Of a DNA stretch of 64,000 bases, positions 25,001-35,200 are shown piece after piece; the first letter of the stretch is position 1; each line of letters opens with the position of its first letter. The notes under the pieces were generated by a model that worked only from the letters and a program-made list of their open reading frames with translations, made no database searches and was not told where the DNA came from. The DNA is from Podarcis muralis. Its lineage: Eukaryota. The stretch is from the NCBI RefSeq assembly GCF_964188315.1, contig NC_135658.1, positions 60,574,001 through 60,638,000 of the forward strand, given 5' to 3'. The translations under genes and the position numbers were made by a program.

Positions 25001-25787
25001 TCTTTAGGGCCTTTATACAGAATTGTTCCTCTCTAAATAGGGAGTCATTCATTCTCCATCTAAAGGATCCAGTTGTTGTCATTTTCATTTCCATCTTTAC
25101 GGCATTATGGTCGGAGCAGGTTTTTGGGCAGATTTCTACTTTTTTAATCTTTGTAGCCATCACACTAGATACCCAGATTTGGTCGATTCTCGTCCATGTC
25201 ATTTTAGATTCCGAGAAAAAAGTTCCCTCTCTCTCGAGAGGATTCTTTGTTCTCCAGATGTCAATCAAGTCCATATTTTCCGTCATCTCGAAGAAAGTCT
25301 TTGGTAATCTTCCTTCTTTAGATATTGTCTGTCTTTGTGCCTTGTCCATATTTGTAGAAACCACTCCATTCATGTCCCCCATCATTATTATTTTGCAGTC
25401 GAGATAATCTAGTAAGGTCTCATGCAACTTCTTGAAAAATTCTGCCTTCCCATCATTTGGTGCATATACTCCAATTATCAAATATTTTTCCCCCTGGATC
25501 TGTACTTCAATCGCCAGGTATCTTCCTTCTTCATCCTTAAATTTTAATTTTGGGTCCAATTTTTCCTTTGCATAAATCACTACTCCTCTCTTTTTTACTT
25601 TATCGGAAGATATAAATTCTTGTCCCAATCTTTTGTTCACCAACAATTTCCTGTGTGCTCTAGTTATATGAGTTTCCTGTAGACATATCAGATCCAGTTG
25701 TTCCCTTTTCAAAATGTGGAAAACCTGTCGTTTTTTCCTGGGATGGTTCAAACCGTTGCAATTCCAGCTTAGAAGTTGCAGAGACAT
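22053..25787 (-). CDS. L1 ORF2p, 1244 aa: APE endonuclease + reverse transcriptase + CCHC domain, uninterrupted
   Basis: EN motifs SWNCNGLN, LQETH, VYAPN, GDMN, RIDQIW, SDH. RT motifs KSPGPDG, YRPISLLNVDYK, DAEKAFD, GTRQGCPISP, FADD, KYLG. C-terminal CWKC-x7-H-x4-C. Confidence 0.97.
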   Translation of the reverse strand: MSLQLLSWNCNGLNHPRKKRQVFHILKREQLDLICLQETHITRAHRKLLVNKRLGQEFISSDKVKKRGVVIYAKEKLDPKLKFKDEEGRYLAIEVQIQGEKYLIIGVYAPNDGKAEFFKKLHETLLDYLDCKIIMMGDMNGVVSTNMDKAQRQTISKEGRLPKTFFEMTENMDLIDIWRTKNPLEREGTFFSESKMTWTRIDQIWVSSVMATKIKKVEICPKTCSDHNAVKMEMKMTTTGSFRWRMNDSLFREEQFCIKALKTLKDYFEINLRTNVEKRTIWDASKAVMRGFLIQQNSIKRKKQNERKERILEKMKEGEKKLRSKPKSQEILREIKYYQTQYMELTNQEIEWKIKQMRQRTFESADKCGKLLAWQLKKRQKLNTVTCLEIEGKNVHKPNEISNCFQSFFRKLYTQGPVNEQEIEEFLKNYGLPKIPEQGKLILNEKITEQEIEEAIQKAQLGKSPGPDGLTARYYKALREGLVQPLKEVCNEILEGKKAPETWKEAFISLIPKTETEKNQVKNYRPISLLNVDYKIFADILAKRLKKVLTGEIHKDQSGFLPGRHMSDNVRNIIDIVELLEMNINRKAVLIFVDAEKAFDNICWSFMKKNLQGMGVGQGFENGIGAIYSEQKAKLIVNNVVTEEIAIEKGTRQGCPISPLLFILVLEVLLNMIRKDQLVKGIQVGVREYKLRAFADDLVLTLQQPITSTKRVLELIEIFGQVAGFKLNKQKTKVLEKNLTNEEKETFQNETGLEIAKKVKYLGVNLTSKNVNLFKDNYDKCWTEVKKDLDIWSRLKLSLLGRIAVIKMNVLPRMLFLFQTLQIIDKMDCFKRWQKDISKFVWQGKKPRIKFKTLTDAKDRGGFALPDLRLYYESAAFCWLKDWLLLENTDILDLEGFDNRFGWHAYIWYDKVKLHKGFKNHMVRKALYNVWIKYKDLFESRTPRWLSPMEAKEVKKLNMGSNWPKYCEIIEQDGENVKLQSFEKLKFKVRDWLHYRQINEVFKQDRKKGFQVEKSKLETELLEPNTKNLSRMYNLLLKWNTQDEMVKSNMIKWAQDVGHDIELADWEQLWTTGVKFTACNALKENIMKMIYRWYMTPAKLAKIYHLPNNKCWKCSETEGTFYHLWWTCPKIKAFWEMIYNEIKKVLKRTFVKKPEAFLLGMVGQMVPKKDRTFFMYATTAARILLAKYWKTQDLPTLEEWQTKVIDYMGLAEMTGRIRDRGKEAVDEDWNKFKVYLKNCCNLEK

Positions 25788-25795
25788 TTTGTTTG

Positions 25796-26829
25796 TTAAA
25801 TGTTTGATCCTCCGACTGCTCCAAGTTTTTCTTCCTCTTCAGTTGGCGGTTGTGGTAGTCCAAATGATAGATTTGCAATGTCCGTTAGCCCTCCTCCTTC
25901 TGATGTTAATCCTTGTCCTTCTCTTGCCGGATCCACCGTACCTTTCTGTAGGTCCTCTAGGTTTCTCTCCAAAAAGTACTCTTTCTCCTGTACTGTTCTT
26001 ATTCTTACTTTCTTCCCTTTGTAGTTGAAGGACAACCCCTGTGGGAATTCCCACCTGAAGGGTATGAAGTTCTTCCTCAGCAAATTGGCAAGGTCTCTAT
26101 AAAAGGTCCTCACTTCCAAGATGTATTTAGGGATGTCCTTAAAGATTTGGACTTGAATGTTTCCAATCACCAAAGCTTTTTGATAATGAAGGTTCAGTAT
26201 CTTGTCTCTTTCCTCTTTGGTTCTAAAGGTAATCAGACAATCCCTTGACTTCTTGCTTTGCTTTCTACCAAGTCTGAAAGCAGTTGTTATCCCCACTTCA
26301 TCTTCCTCCAGATCTCCTTGCCAATTTTCCAGAATTGCCTCTGTGAGAAATTCCGCCAGATTGTCCTCTTCTTTCTCTGGAACCTGTCTAAATTTCAGAT
26401 TTCGTTCTTTCCGTTGTAATTCCAGTAAGGTAAGGAGAGGGCCGCTTCATGCTCATTCACCTTTTTCTCAATCGGCACGAGTCTTTCCTGTGTCTCACCT
26501 GCAACAGATTTTGCACTCTCTGCAATTTTCCTTGTTTCTGAAGATTCCTGAATCAGTCTATTTATAGATTCTGTATTTGTTGCCACCGATGTGGTATTCA
26601 GATCCAATCTTGTTGTAAGTTCTGTCAATTTCTTTGAATTTTCTGTAGATTGCTTTGTTAAGGCCTCAAGGGATTGATTTATTTTAAGCAGTGCCTGTGT
26701 CATAGATTCCATTGATGCTGCTGTCACACTGTCCGGTGCAGGCACTGTGTTGCCAGAGATTGAACCTCTTTTCTTTTGTGTTAGTTTAGCTTTAGATCTG
26801 GTTCTTATCTCCTCTGCCGTGCCACTCAT
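25796..26829 (-). pseudogene. L1 ORF1p (coiled coil + RRM + CTD), frameshifted; 342 aa when repaired
   Basis: Track ORFs 26395-26829 and 25796-26296 join into one frame if one copy of TAAGG (26426-26430 / 26431-26435) is removed. The repaired junction reads ...HEAALSLLELQRKERNLKFRQVPEKEEDNLAEFL... Confidence 0.92.
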
Positions 26830-27489
26830 ATCCCAAGGCCGTTCTCACAGGAAAAACTTGCAATGGAAAATCCCACTATTAGTCAGTTACTTTGCAATTT
26901 TTCCCTCTTAGCCCTCAAGAGGGAGCAGTTAAAAGTTTCCAAGTTAGAAACAACAAAGAGACAGAAAGCCGGATGTAGAAAATCTCAAGTCCGCCATTAA
27001 AGTTGTAAAACTTTTTCTCCAATTTAAATTTGGTTAGTCCAATGTCAATAACAAAGTCCCATTCAAATCTTAAATGTCTTAAAATTTTTTCACCATTTAA
27101 GGTATAGTCTATATCCACTTCAAAGTTATTTTAAAGAACAGTTTTCCCGGTGTTAAGTCCTGGCAGGTCGTCCCGGGGATCAGAGCAGTGAAAAACTTTG
27201 TTTCCCTTTAAATTAAAAGTATCTTCACAAGACTGTCTTTTTTCCCCCTTCTCCTGCCAATCTGGAGGGGAGAGATACTTTTGACAGCTCAGGTTTGACA
27301 GTTCGCAACTAAGTTTCTAATAACTGCAGCGAGGTCTTTCGTTGCTTTAAATTCCTGCAGTCGGGGGGGGCAGACTTCCTTATTTTTTGCCCTCCCGTTT
27401 TCAGCCAAATTTTCTATTTTTAAAGGTTCCTGATTTTTTTTCCCTTCTTACTCACGGGAATCCAGTCCAGATTTTCTTTTCAGGAAGGA

Positions 27490-27774
27490 ATCGGCGCTCT
27501 CCGCTAATGGCGACGCGGCTTCACTCCGCAGGCTGGGTAGCGACTCTCAGCACCGCGCTCACTCCCGATGCCGCTCCGGAGCCTTTAAAAAGGCTCTTTC
27601 ACAGTACCGGGGGGCGCAAAGGTGCCCACCGAGTCTCCTTGCTCTCAGGCTTCCGCGCCTGAGATTTTAGGGGTCCCCCACTCGCCGTAGCGGGTAAGAC
27701 CCGAACTTGCGGAGCAGTCCTTCTCCGGAACTCGGAGGTAGGACCGCCATTAAGCGCTGGCACCGACCGGAAGT
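27490..27774 (-). promoter_or_regulatory. CpG-rich internal promoter region of the L1 5' UTR
   Basis: The element begins with ETS-type ACTTCCGG (27767-27774) and a YY1-core-like ATGGCG about 25 nt in. CpG density is high relative to the flanks. Promoter function is inferred from L1 biology. Confidence 0.6.
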
Positions 27775-28982
27775 CTGCTCCTGCATATTTTTATCCACAT
27801 GAGCAGAAATAACATGTGCTAGCTGAGTCACGTTGCACCACAGGGCAAACAACACTTAAACAAGAGGGAATGAGCAGCCAGACCACAGAGCAAAACATAG
27901 AGTCAAAGAATATGCCATTTATTTTATGGCAAACTAGAAGGAGCAAGTAGTTCCATGGTCCTGGAGTGGCAAACCATCAGCTGGATGAAACCTGCAAAGT
28001 CACAATGAGTGGCCCACCAGCCAGGATCAGGTGCTTCTTTTCCTTTCTGCAAAGGTGCATCTTCCAGTATGGCACTCCTAGAAAGCCTTACTTGTTCCTT
28101 CTTGTTCCTGACTAGTAAGCGCTTCTGGTGATGGTGCCATTACAGAAAAGGAAATCACCCCATTGCAGTGCTGGGGTTCAAAACTCACTTCTCAGCCCAG
28201 TGTTGCAACAAAGAAGATAAGAGAAGGAGAGGCGAGTGTGGTGTCTCCCTGAATTGGGCTGAACAGATTCTAGAAGCATTCTTAGAGCTTTATCATTATT
28301 TGGTCTGATTTTTGGTGGTTGCAGGCAAACTTCAGTGTGTGGGCTGCTTTAGTATATGTGCCTCCGTTCTCTAAATATCTGCTGGATTTCTGCTCATGAT
28401 TTTATAAATTGCGACTTGCCCACCGCCGTACTGAGTGTGTGGGCTAGAAATGCAGGGGGTGCATCATGTATTTTTAGCTTTGAACTCATAATGGCAGTTT
28501 TATTATGTCTCTTATTACTTTTCAATAGCCTTCTCAGTTTCTATGACTTCTATTTCATCTAATACGACACCTTTTTATGCCATCAGTGTTTTCTTATTAT
28601 GGGGTAAGAAGATGGTTGTTATCCATCTGTGTCCCTGCACCTTGCATGGAGAATCTGACTGGTGAGACGTGCTGATCATAATGGGGGTCTAACATATGAA
28701 CATCAATGTATTCTATGTTGCCCCCGAACTATTTCCTCCCTAGCCAGGAACACTGGGAGCCTTTTTTTATCTTTTTGCTATTTCAGTGTTTCACACCCAC
28801 ATATGCATGGGGGACAGAGCACTGGAAGAACATTTTGAAGATTTTAAGATGAGGGAAAGTTGGTAGGGTGGGGCAGTAGCACTCATATGGCCTTGACTCC
28901 TCCTCCCAGTAAGCAGCAGTGAGAAAGGTTATGGAAGGTCAAGTAAGCATCTCTGCCTTGCTCCATAATATCAGCTATAGAG

Positions 28983-29118
28983 CAGGCTTCCTCAACCTCG
29001 GCCCTCCAGATGTTTTAAGACTGCAATTCCCATCATCCCTGACCACTGGTCCTGCTAGCTAGGGATCATGGGAGTTGTAGGCCAAAAACATCTGGAGGCC
29101 CGAGGTTGAGGAAGCCTG
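28983..29118. mobile_element. 136-bp hAT (Charlie-like) MITE
   Basis: Perfect 19-bp TIR CAGGCTTCCTCAACCTCGG. Flanking duplication (G)CTATAGAG at 28974-28982 and 29119-29127. Confidence 0.9.
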
Positions 29119-30144
29119 GCTATAGAGCATTAATCAAGCTCTATTTGCTACCATTTCAACAATGATGTGTACATTTAGATTGTGAGTACACAGTTCAGCC
29201 TTGCACTGTCTCTAGTCTTTACCTGCAAAATTAAATCACCTTCATAGGGAAGGCAAAAAGTTTTTAGCTCACTTTTGCTTCCATCTGTAACATATGATAG
29301 AGTTTATCATCCTGCCATAGTTTTGCTTCCTCCAATTGCTTCAAATTCCTCACCATAGAAGATGTATATTGGCATGAAATGTTTTTATTTTAAGTTTACT
29401 CAGGAAAAGCTCTGAATAAAGAGAAGCATAAAATTCTGTATAAAACATGAGCAGATGTTCAGAGTTAACAGTCTACGGAAAACTAGTCACTACATTTTAT
29501 TTCTTGCAGAGCAACAAATATGACTCATGAATGTTATCTATAGGGAATTAGAATGATTACTTTGCATACATTAACAGATTGGCATCGTCACACTTACGGG
29601 GTTAACAACTCCTACTCCCTTTTTACAGAGAAAAAAGCTGATTCGACAGAGTAGTTGAGGTCAGGCGCAAAGCAGGTGAGCAAAGATCCTGACCTATTTC
29701 CAGCAGACAAGAGCTGTGCCTTAGTCATTTTCACATGTAAGAATATGATGCGACGTGCTGTTGCTCACTAAAATATTGGGTGCACTTCTGGAGTTGGTGC
29801 AGCTATGTGTATACCATAACAACTGGCAGTGATATCAATAGACTGGGCATATATGATGTGTGATTTATATCTTGGCTTTACAGTCTTGGCTTTCTACTAT
29901 CTTGAGGTGTAGCAGCCATGGGGAAAGGGAAAATATTGAGAAAGAGAGTGATCTCTACAGGAACCTACCGAAGAAAAAGATTTTAAAATAAACTGTAGTA
30001 AAATTTCCATAGATGTTTCCAGTTCTGTTCTGAGATCTGTGGGACTACTTGGCTGTCATGTAGGGTAATCTCCAAAGCATTGCAGAAATGTGGGTAATAC
30101 ATCACCAAAAAAGAAAAGCAGAAGAGGACACAGATTAGCCCCCA

Positions 30145-30632
30145 TGTTGTTGTTGTTGTTGTTTAGTCGTTTAGTCGTGTCCGACTCTTCGTGACCCCAT
30201 GGACCAGAGCACGCCAGGCACTCCTGTCTTCCACTGCCTCCCGCAGTTTGGTCAAACTCATGCTGGTAGCTTTGAGAACACTATCCAACCATCTCGTCCT
30301 CTGTCATCCCCTTCTCCTTGTGCCCTCCATCTTTCCCAACATCAGGGTCTTTTCCAGAGAGTCTTCTCTTCTCATGAGGTGACCAAAGTGTTGGAGTCTC
30401 AGCTTCAGGATCTGTCCTTCCAGTGAGCACTCAGGGCTGATTTCCTTAAGAATGGAGAGCTTTGATCTTCTCAAGAGTCTCCTCTAGCACCATAATGCAA
30501 AAACATCAATTCTTTGGCAATCAGACTTCTTTAAGCTCCAGCTCTCACTTCCATACATCACTACTGGGAAAACCATAGCTTTAACTATACAGACCTTTGT
30601 TGGCAAGGTGATGTCTCTGCTTTTTAAATAAT
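30145..30632 (-). mobile_element. Bov-B (RTE) LINE 3' fragment
   Basis: (CAA)n tail and the Bov-B 3' end GACACGACTAAACGACTAAACAAC. RT C-terminal peptide YLKSRDITLPTKVCIVKAMVFPVVMYGSESW in track ORF 30484-30783. Confidence 0.92.
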
Positions 30633-30635
30633 GTA

Positions 30636-30862
30636 TGAAGAAACCTGCTGGACCAGCCCATCTAGTCCAGCATCTTGTTCTCACAGCATGGAGCCAGCTG
30701 CCCATGCGAAGCTGACAAGCAGAACCTGAGCACAACAGCCCTCCCCTGTCCTGTGGTTTCCAGCAACTGATATTCAGAAACACTGTGCCTCTAACTGTGG
30801 AGGTAGAACAAATCTATCTGGATTAGTAGTCACTGATAGCCTTATCTTCAACAAATTTGTAA
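30636..30862 (-). mobile_element. Old CR1-type 3'-end fragment
   Basis: CCTGCTGGACCAGCCCATCTAGTCCAGCATCTTGTTCTCACAG; same family as 9902-10065. Confidence 0.55.
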
Positions 30863-30871
30863 TTCCTCATT

Positions 30872-31000
30872 GAATCACAGAATTGTAGAGTTGAGGATCA
30901 TCTAGTCCAACCCCTGCAATGCAAGAATATGCAGCTATCCTTTACAGGGGTCAAACCTGCACCCTTGGCATTATCAGTAGTATGCTCCTCTGACTGAGGT
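30872..31000 (-). mobile_element. tRNA-head / CR1-tail SINE
   Basis: The minus strand reads a tRNA-like head with B-box-like GGTTTGACCCC, then the CR1 tail ATTCTTGCATTGCAGGGGTTGGACTAGATG..CAACTCTACAATTCTGTGATTC. Confidence 0.65.
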
Positions 31001-32173
31001 GGACTCTCTTATAAAGCCATTCAAGTTGGTGCTGTTGTTTATAACTGTTATTTGTGAATTTATTGATATGTTCTATTTAGGTTGGAAACTGCTTTGGGAC
31101 CACACTAAGTGAATAACAGCCTGAAACTTGTGTGTGGTGGGCGAAGGAAAGTCCAGATCAGTAGTCATGAAGCTGGAATTTCATAGACTCAGTTAATGAG
31201 ATTTTAGAAACAATTTAATCACACTAAAAAAGGGAAAGCCTAAAAGTAATTTGTTGAATTAATTTCATTTCAACAAGGGTTGTATTTAAATGCAGTGCAT
31301 GCTCATTTATTCGGTAATTCATTTATTTGCTTTACTTTTAAATCCACATTTGAATTTTTGCTTGAAAATGCTTTTAACTTTGCATTTAGTATTCTTTTTA
31401 TTATGCTAAGAAAAGGTCTGAATTTTGCCTAGGCTGCTTTAATAATGCACAATAAGTATGAAGTGTATTTTTTGCAGCGCATTGGCAAAACATATTCATT
31501 CAAGTATTAAAGCCAACATCTGAGGGCTTAAGTTGTACAAGCAAAACTTAATTCTGTGTTGTGGCTTGTGGAGGTACCTTGGCTTATTCAGACCTTTTCA
31601 TTCCCAAGGCAGCTATTATGGACATGGATATTTCTTGCCAACTTGATGTACCCAGTGTACCCTGTACATTATACGGACTGTATATATTAGGAAGTATGGA
31701 GGTGGCAGCATGGTTAATGCTTGCTTGCAGGTGTACTGACAGCTTGAAGCATCAGTCTGCCATTCATGCAGTGGTGCCCTGAGTCATTCAGCAGCAGGTA
31801 AGGTGGAAGGGGAGGAGCAAGGAGGGTAGGCCATTTGTGTGTTTGCGTAGTAGAAGACAAATGGAGCATGTGTGTTGTGTGTCTGTGCACAAGAAAGGTG
31901 GACTAAATAAGGAAAGCAAGCAAGCAAAGACTTTAAGGTTCTTGGGAAATATCCATAAAGCACACAGGATATACTGCAGCTTATGGCAGTATTTGCCTGC
32001 CACTGTCTCAGTTCTTTTGGGGACCTATATCTTTGACTCTGTATTTCTGTTGAAATCACAGTAATTATTTCTATACATAGCTGCATATTTACATTTGCAT
32101 AATATAAATGCAATGGTACATATAAATTGACATGTGCACATTCTCATCCCCTTTCCTCCTTTTTATGATGCAA

Positions 32174-32177
<4 letters not shown>

Positions 32178-32218
<41 letters not shown>
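32178..32218. repeat. (TC)n microsatellite
   Basis: Direct reading of the sequence. Confidence 0.97.
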
Positions 32219-32221
<3 letters not shown>

Positions 32222-35200
32222 GCTAAGTCAAATTGTTCATATGAGTGGCCAATTCATATGATTCTAGCATTCACAGGCGTTCTTTGTGATGGAAAAATGT
32301 ATTAAAACTACCAGCACTTTTCAAGCTATGTGAATCTACAAGAGGTGCAATAACATCTCAAGAGGATGAGAAAAAGATCTCAGATAGCCAAGGTATACTA
32401 ACTATCCCATTTAAAATACATTAAAATACATTAATGAAAGGGATAACGGAAGAGAAATTTACTTAGGAGCAGGACCTGGATCATCTGCCTAAGAAATTAA
32501 TTGGGGGCAATGGGAAAAATTAATTGAACTGACTTGGGTGGCCTGTGATGGGGTAAAAATTGATTGAAATTTTTATTTGGGGTGATTTGAATGGGAAATT
32601 AAGTGGCTTTCCTTCTGAGAAAAGTAAATTCTAGCAATTATTTCTAAATTTGCACATATGCATATAAATTAGCATTTGCAAATAAGAGCCTGAGGCCGGG
32701 ATCTTTTAAGTACCAAGCAGACCACTATTGACTTACACTTTTAGAAAGAAGAATACTTTTTTAAGAAAAGCATTTTTACTTTCTTCCTCATTGATATTTA
32801 TGTCCAGAAATGACCTCTCAGACATTCCACATAAAAGAAACATTAATTCAGTCTCAAAATTAGGTGTTAATAATTGTTCATACTGGATGTCTGTACAGTG
32901 GTACCTCAGGTTACCTCAAGTGTTTAAATAAACAAACTACAGTACCGTATTTCTGAGGATAAATTCTCAAATAAAGACAGTATCTTGAATGTGAAAGCAA
33001 GCAAGCAGAGAGGCCTGAAGTTAAGGCCTTTATTGATTTTCCCCAGAGAGGCCTCTTTTCTTGTTTCAAAGTAATTAACAATAGAGTGCTACTTTTCTCC
33101 TTAGCTCTACTTTATTGCCTTTTAAATCTTCAGAGGCTCCTCATTTTTGTTTAAGGGTATCCCTTAGTTCAATTTCTTTTTCTAAGGCCACAATGTCCTT
33201 TTATAATTACAGTATTCAGTTCTCTTTATGGAAGCCATAGTCCTTATTTTCTTTATCTTGTCCTTGTGAGTTTGTATTGCACCACCCACCCACTGCTCTG
33301 CCTCCCAGACTTCAGATATGAGTGTATGCAATAAAATATCAATTTAGTTCCTGTAGAAAATCATAGCAGATCAGCAGAACAGAGAGTTCCTGGACATGAA
33401 AATCTCCAAACTAGCTGTGGAACAGAATGAGGGAGATCCTCAACAATGGAATGTAATAACATTACAGCAATGAAATCGGGCTAAAATAAGAAATCCTACC
33501 AAAGGCATAGGCAGAATCGACAGAAAGAAAATAAAGACTTTTAGCAATACGTTACATCTGAAAATGGCAGGATATAGCTAAACATAAATAGTAGACACAA
33601 ACACACAGAGAGGGTACCAAGTACTCTAGTTTATAGAAAAGAAATTATAAGATTAGCAACAGTATAAAAAAATGAAAGGGAAAAGAAAGAATCTGGGTGA
33701 AAAATAAGACACTTTGTCTTTGAAATTTACTTTTGAAAAATGAGCAGAAAGCCATGAAGCTCAAAGACATGATGAACAATGGGCAAAAGAGGACAAAAAA
33801 TAACAACTCAGGGCTCATCCAAACTTCCTCTTGTCCCGCTGCTTTCTCCCAGGAAAACTGCTCTTTAGTGCTCAATCAGAGCAAACGGTCATTTGAGTTT
33901 TTCCCAGATTGCCATTTGTTTCAATCTATTGCTAAATAGCAGATTTTTTCCTTGGAAAGGAGCAGAGCAAGGGGAAAATGGCTTTGACATATTCTTAGAA
34001 ACACAGGTTAAGCAGGAAACCACTCAGCCCTGTGCTTTCTAGGCATGGGACAAGCAGAAGTATGGATGAGCCCTCAGTATTGACAGCAAAGTCATCATGA
34101 TTAAGAGCAAAGAATGGAAAGCAAAGAGCCTACACAATGTCAGAGAGACCCTGCTCAAATGTATTAATGTTATACTGGGACCTCCCAGCAACAGGCTCTT
34201 CTCAGAGGTTGCCCCAACACCGTGCAATGACCAGCCTCATGAGGTGAACTCAGCCCCGTCACTGATGGCTCTTTGGAAACTGACAAAAACTGACTGAAAG
34301 AGGCTATTGACTGATATGCAGCTGCTGACCGAATTTAATTATAGTTAGCTTAGTTTGATTTTAGAAGATGCCTTGTTGTGTTTTCATTTTGTAAACTAAT
34401 TTTGAAAAGCAATATATCTAAATAATATATAAATAATGTTAAATAAAGAAATAGAACTTTGGGGAACCCAGTATCTTGAAGAAAAGAAAAGTTGTTGATG
34501 GAAAGTTAATGGGAGCTGTTACAGTTAGAATGCTAAGTAGAAAGCCATGAAAAGGCAGAACCATAAAAATCAAGATTATATAAAGAAAAAGAAAGGAATA
34601 AGCATTCAACCCTGAAACAGGAGAGTAAGCCAAGGCTAAGAATGGAATTCTGCAGTGACACAATAATAAAAAGGAAATAAAAAGTTAAGGAAAGTTTCTG
34701 CTGAATGACAAACATTGAGAAGCATCTCAAAAAGAAAAAAAATGATAAAATAAAATCCATACACTGAGAGAAAATAACATGCTCAAGCAATTTAGAAACA
34801 AGAAAGAAGAGAACTCAGAGTTGGCCAACAAAGAAGAACAGTATGGGGGTGGTTTTAGTGGCAGAAATAAGCAGTTTTGAAGATAAACTAACCAGAATCC
34901 AATGAAATAGTAAACATTTAGGGTGAGATTCAACAAACAAGTCACGCTAGGAGAAGCCAGCTCAAGGGCTCCCATTAGCACAATAGGTCTTCCCCTTCTC
35001 TCTAACCCCTGTGTCCCCCCTTTAGCCCCCTAAAATATGGATGAGAGGGAATATCATTGCATCAGGCAAGCTGAAAAGGCCCGACAGAACAATTGCCATA
35101 GTGCTCTGTTGAATTTCTCCTATATTTTTGAAAAATGAAGCAAGTTACCAAACTGTTTAAAGGCAGGTGGGGAGAGATGGAATATGATGAATGGCTGAAG

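Larger units (their letters stand above)
21819..27774 (-). mobile_element. Full-length L1-clade LINE (~5.96 kb)
   Basis: TSD CTGCTCCTGCATA(TTTTT) at 21806-21823 and 27775-27792, A12 tail, and an AT|AAAAA target resembling the L1 TT|AAAA site. Layout is a CpG-rich 5' UTR, ORF1, 8-nt spacer, ORF2, 222-nt 3' UTR. Confidence 0.97.

Noticed and set aside
26915-27118. 67-aa upstream ORF in the L1 5' UTR
   Set aside because: Non-ATG start, AT-rich composition and no motif; within chance expectation.
21806-27792. Tx1-like target-specific insertion for the large LINE
   Set aside because: The target is ordinary unique DNA with an L1-type A-rich cleavage site; no snRNA, tRNA or repeat target is visible.
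32896-32913. Isolated CAGTGGTACCTCAGGTTA terminus after TA
   Set aside because: Single TIR remnant with no partner end, so it is not called as an element.
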